41,148 bases of DNA, taken from positions 1 through 41,148 of the IMG/VR virus record IMGVR_UViG_3300033480_000009; one strand, 5' to 3'. Below are positions 26,127 through 34,292 of this stretch, piece after piece. The notes beneath the pieces are model-generated. The model was not told where the DNA came from and did no database searches. It saw only the letters and a list, made by a program, of their open reading frames with translations. A program made the translations under genes and the position numbers. The stretch comes from a virus (taxonomy: Duplodnaviria; Caudoviricetes). Numbering within the stretch: the stretch's first letter is position 1; each line of letters starts with the position of its first letter.

Positions 26127-26342
26127 ATGAAACGCATATTACTGATCGCAGCATTACTCACACTGAGCGCATGTGGCACCGTTGATATGAAGCTGATCAA
26201 CGCTTCGATCGACAAGTGCGCGCCGCATGGTGGTTTGAAGCACATCAATGAGAACAGCGAGTCGGCCATCTGTAACGATGGGACGTTTCTCGTTACCGGC
26301 AAGCCAATGCGGGTCACACTGCCCGGCGGAATGGAAATGTAA
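26127..26342 (+). CDS. Small lipoprotein
   Basis: MKRILLIAALLTLSAC lipobox; AAGGAG RBS. Confidence 0.75.
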   Translation: MKRILLIAALLTLSACGTVDMKLINASIDKCAPHGGLKHINENSESAICNDGTFLVTGKPMRVTLPGGMEM

Positions 26343-26431
26343 TGAGCACAACACCGAGATGGGCTACCGCGTTAGCGGCCGTTGCATACTGCGCACTTGC
26401 CGCGCTATGGCTGTTGGCGAATACCGTATGA
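26342..26431 (+). CDS. 29-aa membrane peptide
   Basis: MSTTPRWATALAAVAYCALAALWLLANTV, coupled at both ends. Confidence 0.45.
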   Translation: MSTTPRWATALAAVAYCALAALWLLANTV

Positions 26432-26796
26432 ACCCGCACGGCACACGAACCCGCGAGGCCGTGGCGTGGCTGCTGGAACAGCCCGCGCAAGGCGAACCGA
26501 AGCGCACGCAGGCCCGCGCAGCCGAGTTGTTCGGGATCTCGCAGCCGACTATTGCCGGCGCCGTAGCCAGGACACGTCGCGCATGCCCGACGTGTGGGCA
26601 GAAGGTGCGCGAAGGTGTCGAGTTGGCACGGCCGGCCGTGCCGCACCCGTCTGAAGAATCGGAGACACGGCTGGCCGGAGCGATTGGTAAATACGCCTGG
26701 CACTTGGCCGACTGCGCCGCGTATGACACGGGTGGCGGGGAGTGCTCATGTGGGTTTGCCGATATTGAACGAATTGCGGCGCGTGTCGCTGCGTAG
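26428..26796 (+). CDS. HTH + CxxC protein, paralogue B
   Basis: AVAW..GEPKRTQARAAELFGISQPTI..CPTCG plus a C-terminal HxxxC..CSCG motif. Confidence 0.7.
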   Translation: MNPHGTRTREAVAWLLEQPAQGEPKRTQARAAELFGISQPTIAGAVARTRRACPTCGQKVREGVELARPAVPHPSEESETRLAGAIGKYAWHLADCAAYDTGGGECSCGFADIERIAARVAA

Positions 26797-26803
26797 GTTT
26801 CAC

Positions 26804-26875
26804 GCCGTCTTGCCCGTAGCATAAAACGAAGCGCTTATCCCTCCTCGGCGCAGGACTTTGCAAGACGGCTTTTTT
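26804..26875 (+). terminator. Long hairpin with T tract, terminator-like
   Basis: GCCGTCTTGC...GCAAGACGGC then TTTTTT, directly after the last early gene. Confidence 0.5.
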
Positions 26876-26958
26876 ATTCGGAGGATCAACACAGATGCGA
26901 TTGAATACGTGTATAGTTCCGAGCCTTTCTATGCGCGTACCCGCTAACAATCGCATCT

Positions 26959-27098
26959 GTGTTGGTGAATGTGCAAGCCATCCTTGTGCGATGGATATTG
27001 ACTGATGCACAAAGCAGGGCATGAGGCGTCGTGAGCCTATTGCAAACATGCCTTGAAAGTAATCACGAAAGCCGGAGATCAGCACCGGCCACCAACAC
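26959..27098 (+). ncRNA. Candidate structured tRNA-like ncRNA
   Basis: Closing stem GTGTTGGTG/CACCAACAC stacked on the hairpin GCCGG-AGATCAGCA-CCGGC; further stems TGTGCA/TGCACA and GGCATG/CATGCC; located between convergent genes. Confidence 0.55.
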
Positions 27099-27102
27099 CT
27101 CA

Positions 27103-27735
27103 TTATCCCCACTGCGCCGCCATAGCGTCCGCAACGCCTGAATACGTCTCAGCGCGGATCTTCCATCGGTCAGCGCTCGGCGGTAGTTTGTTCTGCCCGC
27201 TGTCCGTCTGATTCGCCCATCGCTTGTACGCCTTCCAGTTCGCGTAAACGATGCGTGGCGGTACGTTCTGGGTCGGGGTGAGTGGCGGCACGCCATGTAA
27301 CCACAAGCACGTCGCCTTACTGGCGTCATCGCCAAATTGGTGCGGCTGGATAATCTGATCAGGTTTGCGAACGAGTGTTGACAGGCGGCCGGTCGGGTTT
27401 TCCACAACGCGTCGCGGGATGTGCGCGGTTTCCGACCCGTCGATGAACATCCTGGCGAACGCAAGCGCTTCATTGACGTGTTCGATACGTGGTCGCCCAT
27501 CTGCCTCGATCCGGCCACGCGCAACCCAGTGCCAACCGCTGCCGCATAGGTACGTGCAGTCGGGGAACGCAATGACCATATCCCAAGGCATCCAGAGAAT
27601 GTCTCGCACGTCGCCTTGATAGTGCGGGCCGGGCGATTCGGTCGGCAGGAGGTCGCAGCTTACTGCATCGTGCCCGCGACGCATTTATGCGTCGCGCACT
27701 CGGCCACTGTACTCACACGCTACCAATACTCTCAC
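27103..27735 (-). pseudogene. Phage DNA cytosine methyltransferase-like gene with in-frame TAA at codon 17
   Basis: MRVLVACEYSGRVRDA*MRRGHDAVSCDLLP..WDMVIAFPDCTYL..VENP..KATCLWL; GTG start overlaps the primase stop. Confidence 0.7.
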
Positions 27736-30149
27736 GTCCGCACCTGCTGCCCGAACGCCGGCACATACCCCGCGCCGCCTTCCGCCTGTGCCTTCAGATA
27801 CACTTGCGCGACCTGCGCCTGATCCTTCACCTCACGCGCAATATGCCCGCGCTTGATGAACAGAATCGGCCGGGCCTGCCCGATCGCCGTGGTTGACCGC
27901 CCCTTATACAGCGCCGGATGCCAGTCATACCCGAGCGAGCGTACCATGTCCAGGCGTTTCGCCCGCGTCATTGTTACGTCCATTCGTTTCTCCTTGAGCA
28001 AGGCGTCAAGCTCCATGGAGTTGATCCAGCCGCCGCAGAAGCCGTTGCGATGTTGCGCCACGGCTTCCATGACTTCTTGCTCCACGCGGCCCAGGCTGAG
28101 CGTAATGGCCTCTTCTGTGCTCGACGTGGTTGGCGCGCGCGACTTCAGGTGAGGCAGGCTGAACTCTTTGGGGATCTTGTACGTGTGCAGGAACTCGGAC
28201 ACGATGGCGAACCCGCCCTTGTGATACAGCCAGTCGTACAGATCGGCGAAATAATCAGAGGTCAGACCGTCGCGGGCCAAGTCGTCAACCTCTTGCTGCG
28301 CACAGAAGAATGACGCGAACCTGCGGTCTTCACGGGTCTTGCGGATGCCGTCTTTGTGGTTGCTATTCAGGATGAAATTGCAGCACACGCGCTTCATCGT
28401 CTGACTGCGCTGCATCGCCCGGATTGGCTGGTAGTCCAGCGTGATCATCGGCTTCAATATCTCCAGAATCTCCTCGCGTCCGCTGGGTAGGTAGATGTCT
28501 TCCACGCCGCAGAACGTGCTGCGCGCCAGCCAATCGTTGAAATTCTCCGTCAGACCGTCGGCGCGCGGCATGTGTGAGTAGCGGTCGCCGATCGCAGCCT
28601 TGACACACAGGGATAGCAGCGACTTGCCGTTCCCGTGCGTGCCCTGCAGGAAGATGCACCAGTTGAACTTATGGCCTTGGTACTGCACGAGCGCTGCCAT
28701 GTACGCCAGCACAATCTCGCGGTCGCGCGGGACGGGCAGCAGCTTCTCCAGGTGGCGCAGCAGTGGTGACGCATCGCCCTTCTTGCGCGCCACTTTCGGC
28801 GGGATGTACGTATTGATGAACGAGAGGTTGTCTTCTTCGTAGATCGTGAATGGCGGGAGGTCGGGGCGGAAGGCCGTGCGGTCAACCTTGGGGTGGCGCA
28901 GCGCCTTGGACATGATGAACGCTTCCCACGCGTTCTCGGTGAACTTGTCGTTCGTGTTGTCCTTGGCGTAGCTCAAACCGCCGTATTTGGCTTTGAATCG
29001 CGCCTCGTCCAGCATTTCCCCGGTGTCAGTCAGGATCTTGTTGTCCTCAACCACATACGCGAACCCGGCCCACATGAGCGCCTGAGCGTCGGGCGACGCG
29101 AAGGTTGTCCCGTTCACACGGCGCGACGTGGCCGGTGCAGGTTTGGCAGGCGTGGCGGTCGGTGCGTCGAGGGGATCTGCCGGCGTCTCAGGCTGCGCGG
29201 GAGTCTCCGCACGTGACACCGGCAGGTCGGGCTGTTTGTCCTGGCACACGTTCGCCGTATTTGCCACGGCGCGCGGTATGGTGCGGCCGCGCAGATAGTC
29301 TTCGCGTTCCCACTTATCGCGCGCAAGGGCGGAACGACGCATCAAACGCTCAATTCGTGCGCAGTTCTTGCCAGTCCAGAAGCTCAGATGCATAGCGAGC
29401 GCTTGGTCAGCCGAGCTGGCGTCGTATGGCTGGCCGGGCGTCGTGCTGGGGTATGACCGGGCGAGCGCTTCGGCGTTGCCAGTCCAGAGATCGGCGAACG
29501 ATGCGCGTCCGCCGAACGTGACGGCTACGGACTGCTTCGAGCGCAGCATGCGCTCAATCAGCGCGTCATCATCCTCCGTGCCGCGCCATTCCGGGCACGG
29601 CACGTCGGTCCAGTCGGCCGGCGTCGCGTCGGCAACTGTCGGGGCAAACCAGCGCGATACGGCAGCGCCCAGTGCATCGGTGCAGTCCGTTGCAACATTC
29701 CCCGTAGCGTTCGGATGCCCGAGCGCAATATACCGCCCTTCGTGATACAACTCGTAGCCGCTGCGCTTGCAACTGTGCGCCGGGATGTCACGGTACGACC
29801 CCCATATATGCAAACCTTTGCCGCTCTGGCTAACTTCAACGGCTGCGCCAGGAAACGCCGCAACCATATCGAGCGCGGCCTGCGACCATGTGCCGTCCGG
29901 CTGGAGGCAACTGTCAACGTCGGCAACGAAGAATGGATCGGCGACGGTTAGCACAAAGCCGACGCCATAGGTGGGGTTTGCCGCAGCCGTCGCGAACGCC
30001 GTTGCCGCGTCGGTCCAGTTGGCGGAAGCGTGCGGATCGCACGGCTGGCCGGTAGTGTATGAGCATGGGAGTTTGTCAGCGCGGCGCCACAAAATGAATT
30101 GGCGGTACGCGCCTAGCGCTTGCAGCGCTGTTGGGAGTGTTGCGGTCAT
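27732..30149 (-). CDS. Primase-polymerase / SF3 helicase fusion
   Basis: AEP motifs ADVD, EVSQSGKGLH and ELY..RY (NrS-1-like); helical domain; Walker A GTHGNGKS and EDRRF. Confidence 0.85.
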   Translation of the reverse strand: MTATLPTALQALGAYRQFILWRRADKLPCSYTTGQPCDPHASANWTDAATAFATAAANPTYGVGFVLTVADPFFVADVDSCLQPDGTWSQAALDMVAAFPGAAVEVSQSGKGLHIWGSYRDIPAHSCKRSGYELYHEGRYIALGHPNATGNVATDCTDALGAAVSRWFAPTVADATPADWTDVPCPEWRGTEDDDALIERMLRSKQSVAVTFGGRASFADLWTGNAEALARSYPSTTPGQPYDASSADQALAMHLSFWTGKNCARIERLMRRSALARDKWEREDYLRGRTIPRAVANTANVCQDKQPDLPVSRAETPAQPETPADPLDAPTATPAKPAPATSRRVNGTTFASPDAQALMWAGFAYVVEDNKILTDTGEMLDEARFKAKYGGLSYAKDNTNDKFTENAWEAFIMSKALRHPKVDRTAFRPDLPPFTIYEEDNLSFINTYIPPKVARKKGDASPLLRHLEKLLPVPRDREIVLAYMAALVQYQGHKFNWCIFLQGTHGNGKSLLSLCVKAAIGDRYSHMPRADGLTENFNDWLARSTFCGVEDIYLPSGREEILEILKPMITLDYQPIRAMQRSQTMKRVCCNFILNSNHKDGIRKTREDRRFASFFCAQQEVDDLARDGLTSDYFADLYDWLYHKGGFAIVSEFLHTYKIPKEFSLPHLKSRAPTTSSTEEAITLSLGRVEQEVMEAVAQHRNGFCGGWINSMELDALLKEKRMDVTMTRAKRLDMVRSLGYDWHPALYKGRSTTAIGQARPILFIKRGHIAREVKDQAQVAQVYLKAQAEGGAGYVPAFGQQVRT

Positions 30150-30151
30150 GT

Positions 30152-30451
30152 TCAGACCCCCATTACGAAACGCAACGCCTCCTTGCGCAAATCGTCCGGT
30201 GCGCCGAGCGCGCGGGCGTCCTTTGCGATGATTCCTTGCGCCAGGATGCGCAAGTGACGAACACGCACCGCCTCGCCCATGATGCTGCGATGCAATTGTT
30301 TCATCGTGCCCCAGTAGAACGACACCAGCGCAGGCGAGCACCCGACGCGCTCTGCAACCCCGGCGCGCGTAATGTCACGGTAGCCGTGTTTGTCAGCTTC
30401 AACCATCGCTGCGTCAAGGATCTGTTGTTTTCGGATAACTGGGGTGCTCAT
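30152..30451 (-). CDS. TetR-type HTH regulator
   Basis: RKQQILDAA..GY..IT..GVAERVGCSPALVSFYWGT. Confidence 0.75.
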   Translation of the reverse strand: MSTPVIRKQQILDAAMVEADKHGYRDITRAGVAERVGCSPALVSFYWGTMKQLHRSIMGEAVRVRHLRILAQGIIAKDARALGAPDDLRKEALRFVMGV

Positions 30452-31176
30452 TTGTGGTCCTTTACGGTTATGTGTCGCACATCACGATCCGCATAGCGGT
30501 CAGTCAGTTCGGCGGCACGTTTGTTCAAGTCGGCGTACATGTTCGGTGTCTTCGGCGGCCGGTCATCTTCAACCATGTCGCGCATCATTGCGTCGCGCAG
30601 TACGGTCAGCGATGCGATGGCCTTCGTAATATGCGACAAATTGCTGTCCGTGTCAATGTCTTCACCTTCCCACCACGCCATCAGATGCCGCATCGTGCCA
30701 TCGTAGTACACCGATGCGCGCACGCCGACTTCTCTGTAGTTGTGCCTGCCGTACTTTAATGCGCCTTCCAGCATAGCCGTGCCGAGTTCGGCCAGGACGT
30801 TTGCGGGCACAGTTGACATGGGCGCTTTGCGCACGCCGCATGCGTCTTTTGGATTGGTTGGTTTGGCGTCAGTCAGCACGTTGGAGTGATGCAGTATTCT
30901 GCCCGATGCCTCAATTTCTGCGAGTTGACGTGCAATTACTTTATCCGCAGCTTCACTCTCTCCCACCCACATGACGCTAGGTGGCAAACCTGTTGAGTCA
31001 GGCACGTCATCGCCCCATTTGTATGGTTGCGGTTTTTTCAGCTCGCGCATCGCAACAAATTTGTTCGTGGCGTGAAAGCACAGAGGTTCAGCTTCGGCGA
31101 TTGGACATGCGTCGTTTTTAAAACTATGTTCGCCATGTCGCTTGCCGCAATTTCCACAAATATCGTCCAAGTTCAT
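30448..31176 (-). CDS. dATP/dGTP diphosphohydrolase-domain protein (DUF5664-like) with N-terminal Cys/His finger
   Basis: TNPKD..G..K, GALKYGRHNYR, RHLMAWWEGEDID.DS.LSH. Confidence 0.75.
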   Translation of the reverse strand: MNLDDICGNCGKRHGEHSFKNDACPIAEAEPLCFHATNKFVAMRELKKPQPYKWGDDVPDSTGLPPSVMWVGESEAADKVIARQLAEIEASGRILHHSNVLTDAKPTNPKDACGVRKAPMSTVPANVLAELGTAMLEGALKYGRHNYREVGVRASVYYDGTMRHLMAWWEGEDIDTDSNLSHITKAIASLTVLRDAMMRDMVEDDRPPKTPNMYADLNKRAAELTDRYADRDVRHITVKDHK

Positions 31177-31418
31177 TTCCCATTCTCCCGTATGTGTAGT
31201 TTGATCATCAGTTGATTGAAGTACCGACGCAGCGCGTATTGGCGAACCAGCGACACGCACGTATAAAGCAACCCCATGTAGAAATTATCCAGCAGCCCAA
31301 TGTGAAAGCCGAACAGCGGAAGGATCACCAGATTCGCCGCGTAGTTGATTGCAAAACCGATCACGATATTCGCCCACGCTTCGAGCCAGCTGTGACGTTT
31401 GGATTGACCATGAGTCAT
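31173..31418 (-). CDS. Small membrane protein
   Basis: QSKRHSWLEAWANIVIG..LPLFG..SLVRQYALRRYFN; two hydrophobic helices. Confidence 0.7.
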   Translation of the reverse strand: MTHGQSKRHSWLEAWANIVIGFAINYAANLVILPLFGFHIGLLDNFYMGLLYTCVSLVRQYALRRYFNQLMIKLHIRENGK

Positions 31419-31639
31419 AACACCGGCTCCCCTGGAATAATCTTACGTGCCGTACCATTGTTGCGGCGTGTCAAATGCCATCCTCGGCACAGTGCGCACG
31501 GGTATATCCATAGCGCGCCTGATTCTGGCGGATGCAATTCGAGAGATTCCATTGCGGCCGCGCGGGCGGCGAACTCGTCAGCATAGCGGCGTTTTGTTTC
31601 GCACGTGACGACGTTCTTTTTCTTCGGCGGTGCGGTCAT
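31415..31639 (-). CDS. Zn-binding hypothetical protein
   Basis: CETKRRY..YPCALCRGWHLT. Confidence 0.65.
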   Translation of the reverse strand: MTAPPKKKNVVTCETKRRYADEFAARAAAMESLELHPPESGALWIYPCALCRGWHLTRRNNGTARKIIPGEPVL

Positions 31640-32055
31640 GGTTGCGGCCGCATCACAATGACAGCGCTGGGGAAGGGTGCACTATTCTTCGCGTCACCAA
31701 ATTTGAGTCGCCCGCGAACAAAACGAACCTCGTGTTGGATAGCGTACTCGTGCCACCAATTCGTATCGGTACGCGCTGGAACCAAACAAACCACGACTGC
31801 GCCTTCATTCGCAGATTCGTTTGCCTTCCGCATCCAGCGCCCAATTTCTCGACCGTATGGCGGGTTCATCCATACGTTCCCGCGCCACGGTTGCGCCAGC
31901 CCGTCATCCTGCTTGGTGTAGTAGGTTTCGCACTTGGCATTCTCGCTCGTAGCGCACACGTCCAGCGTAAAGTGAAATTCCGCATTGAGTTTGTCGAAAA
32001 ACGCTTGAGGTGTTGCGTGTAGGTCGGTTGCACTTGAAAAGTGTACATTACTCAT
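31636..32055 (-). CDS. dam: Phage DNA N6-adenine methyltransferase
   Basis: ATPQ..FTLDVCA..DGL..W..VWMNPPYG..LVPARTDTNWW..GRLKF; start MSNVHFSS. Confidence 0.88.
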   Translation of the reverse strand: MSNVHFSSATDLHATPQAFFDKLNAEFHFTLDVCATSENAKCETYYTKQDDGLAQPWRGNVWMNPPYGREIGRWMRKANESANEGAVVVCLVPARTDTNWWHEYAIQHEVRFVRGRLKFGDAKNSAPFPSAVIVMRPQP

Positions 32056-32332
32056 GCTCACGCGCCTCCGGGTCATTAACATCAAACTGCTTGCCGCACG
32101 AACAGTGCAGCGTATCGCCATGCTGGCGCAGCATATGCGCCGGTTTGCTGCCGTTCCAATTGCGCGGCACGCTACCGCCAGGCGTCGGATCGTTACGCAG
32201 CAGCTTGGCGCGGCGATTGATCGACCACGCAAGGTTCTCACACTGCATGGCGCGCTCGAACGTCCAGCCGAGTCGTTCCAAGCCGGACAACTCGAAGGCG
32301 CGGCGCAGGCGGGTGGCGTCAACAGCGGTCAT
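32048..32332 (-). CDS. Hypothetical protein
   Basis: Start MTAVDAT is coupled to the upstream stop; contains HCSCGK. Confidence 0.55.
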   Translation of the reverse strand: MTAVDATRLRRAFELSGLERLGWTFERAMQCENLAWSINRRAKLLRNDPTPGGSVPRNWNGSKPAHMLRQHGDTLHCSCGKQFDVNDPEAREHE

Positions 32333-32517
32333 CGCTTGAATCTCTCGGCGCGTTCGTAGTCTGTGCGGCAGTCGGCGTCGCAGAATACGCCGTGTTGCAG
32401 CAACTCGCCGCACCAGTGGCATTTGCCAATATGTGGCAGTTCGGGTTTCTTGTTCTGGTGCGCAACCTTGCGATCGAACTCCTCGCGCTCGGTTGCCATG
32501 TCGTAGATGTCGGTCAT
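32329..32517 (-). CDS. DksA/TraR-like Zn-finger protein
   Basis: MTDIYDMATEREE..CHWCGE..FCDADCRTD. Confidence 0.6.
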   Translation of the reverse strand: MTDIYDMATEREEFDRKVAHQNKKPELPHIGKCHWCGELLQHGVFCDADCRTDYERAERFKR

Positions 32518-32729
32518 AGTGGCTCGCTCCTGAGTCCGTTTCGTTTCTCATGTGCATCAAGCAGAACAACTTCGTTTGACAGCAATACGAGCGCTTTGCG
32601 AATCGCCAGCGGCGTGCGATTCCGGCCCTCGCGCCATCGCTTCCAGTGCTCGCACAGTTCGGCCATTTCGTCGAGGCGATCGCTCACGTCATCGTGCACT
32701 ATCATCGTACCCATATTCGCTTCACCCAT
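32514..32729 (-). CDS. Hypothetical protein
   Basis: Coupled ORF. Confidence 0.5.
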   Translation of the reverse strand: MGEANMGTMIVHDDVSDRLDEMAELCEHWKRWREGRNRTPLAIRKALVLLSNEVVLLDAHEKRNGLRSEPL

Positions 32730-33208
32730 TACAATTCCTCCTCCGAAGTAATAAACCGTGCGTCGCCGCCTGCCGCCTGGATGACTTCAAGCCAGTGCTT
32801 CTGGGCAACTTCGCGTTTCGTTCCTGCGTATTTCCAGCCGTGCCGTTTGCATTCCAACGACACGAACTGGCCGATTGTTGACCCGACGTGCGCAGGCGTC
32901 ACGAGGACAGGCCGTATACCAATCAGATCGGCACTCTTCACTTTGTCGTTCAGCGCTTGCGAATCGTTGCACAAGCCCCAGCGAACGAACGATCCGTTGT
33001 CGAGCTTGCCTGCGCCAACGTTGTTGCGCCACAGCAGCGTTCCGTTGCGTGCGGCAGCGAGTCGCACGCGCGATTGAACGTCCGATTCAGATTCGCCGCC
33101 GTTGGCTGATGTGGGCGTCACGGTTGCCGTCAGCAGTCGGTGCAGCTCGGCCAGCGCGGCGGGCGGGATGTTGTGGCGGGCGGCCCAGGTTTGTAGGATG
33201 TTGTTCAT
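32729..33208 (-). CDS. VRR-NUC domain nuclease
   Basis: ESDVQ..LWRNNVG..SADLIG..FVSLECK..Q..W...I..AGG. Confidence 0.85.
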   Translation of the reverse strand: MNNILQTWAARHNIPPAALAELHRLLTATVTPTSANGGESESDVQSRVRLAAARNGTLLWRNNVGAGKLDNGSFVRWGLCNDSQALNDKVKSADLIGIRPVLVTPAHVGSTIGQFVSLECKRHGWKYAGTKREVAQKHWLEVIQAAGGDARFITSEEEL

Positions 33209-33849
33209 TGCTCACCGCTCGCAAAGTCACAGCACTTGATCTTGGCAATCAACCTGTGGCCGCTTCGCGTCGCCAGCTCAACTTTTGGGCGTGCAACGAT
33301 ACCTTCGGCTTGGAAGTCGCCCCATGTCGAAGGTATTCCCGCCTTGGCGCGCGCCACTGCGTCATACAGCGTGCCTTCGCCAATGACCGGCACAATGTCC
33401 AGTCCGAGCTTCGTTGCTATGTCTTCGGCATCGGCGCGTCGCAGCATCGCAAACTCACCAACCCTCACGTCGAAAAGAACGAAGTCTTGATCTGGCCGGT
33501 AGTTTTCCCCACCCTTCTGGATCTTTGCACCGTAGCCTTCGCCGTACAGTACAACTTTGCCGCCAGGAAACATATCTGCCATCTTCTGCGCAAGCGGCAG
33601 GAATCGTTCATTAAGTCTAGCTACCAGTTGCGCCGGAATATGTGCATCTGCGGTTCGCCCGCCGAATGTCACAACGCCATCCTTGAAAATGACGCGGATG
33701 TTCGTGCCGTCCACCTTCTCAGTGAAAACCCATGTGTTGTTGGCCAGATACTCGAACTCGGGCAACGTCCAGTCACCTTCGATCAACGTTTTCCGTTTGC
33801 TGGCCATGTCGCGCTTGAAGATGCTTTGGATTTTGTGGTATTCGCTCAT
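33205..33849 (-). CDS. ATP-dependent RNA ligase (Rnl2-like)
   Basis: Motif I TEKVDGTN, III LYGEGYG, IIIa FVLFDV, IV AEGIVARP, V IAKIK. Confidence 0.85.
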   Translation of the reverse strand: MSEYHKIQSIFKRDMASKRKTLIEGDWTLPEFEYLANNTWVFTEKVDGTNIRVIFKDGVVTFGGRTADAHIPAQLVARLNERFLPLAQKMADMFPGGKVVLYGEGYGAKIQKGGENYRPDQDFVLFDVRVGEFAMLRRADAEDIATKLGLDIVPVIGEGTLYDAVARAKAGIPSTWGDFQAEGIVARPKVELATRSGHRLIAKIKCCDFASGEQ

Positions 33850-33865
33850 GCTGGTTCTCCAGTGT

Positions 33866-34237
33866 TCATTGCTTGTTAAAACCATACGCGGCTGCAATCA
33901 GCATGCACTCTTGCTCAGTTGGCTCGCGCGGCGGATCATTCTCGAATAGCAACCACATTGCATCAGTTCTTCCGCGTCGCTTGTACCAACTCACCCATAA
34001 CGCCAGCGCGCCGTTCAAGCCCTCAATATGATTGACAGTTACTGTTGTGTAGTTTTGGTCTTCGCACTGCTGGTAATTGACGCCGCGCTGCGATTCGTCG
34101 CAAATTCGACGAATCAATCCAACTGTTGCGCAGTTCCAGTTGTTGCGGTCGAACGTGTCTGTTTCAAACGCGCACTTTGGATCGTCGCCTTCCCAAGTTT
34201 TTCCACGTCCTTCGCATGCGTTGCAAACCATCCCCAT
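33866..34237 (-). CDS. Hypothetical protein
   Basis: GGAG RBS; downstream of a promoter. Confidence 0.65.
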   Translation of the reverse strand: MGMVCNACEGRGKTWEGDDPKCAFETDTFDRNNWNCATVGLIRRICDESQRGVNYQQCEDQNYTTVTVNHIEGLNGALALWVSWYKRRGRTDAMWLLFENDPPREPTEQECMLIAAAYGFNKQ

Positions 34238-34263
34238 CTCCCACAGTTCGTTATATGCTCAGA

Positions 34264-34292
34264 ACTCTACCCCAGACTGACCGTCTTGTCAA
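34264..34292 (-). promoter_or_regulatory. Sigma70-like promoter with TGAC-N6-GTCA palindrome
   Basis: TTGACA-agacgGTCAGtctgggg(17)-TAGAGT. Confidence 0.6.

Noticed and set aside
26959-27098. Canonical tRNA or hammerhead ribozyme
   Set aside because: It lacks a TTCG T-loop and a 7-nt anticodon loop, and has CTGATGC rather than the CTGATGA hammerhead core.
26549-27112. 187-aa minus-strand ORF across the structured region
   Set aside because: It has no recognisable protein features and overlaps a plus-strand gene; the region is better explained by RNA structure.
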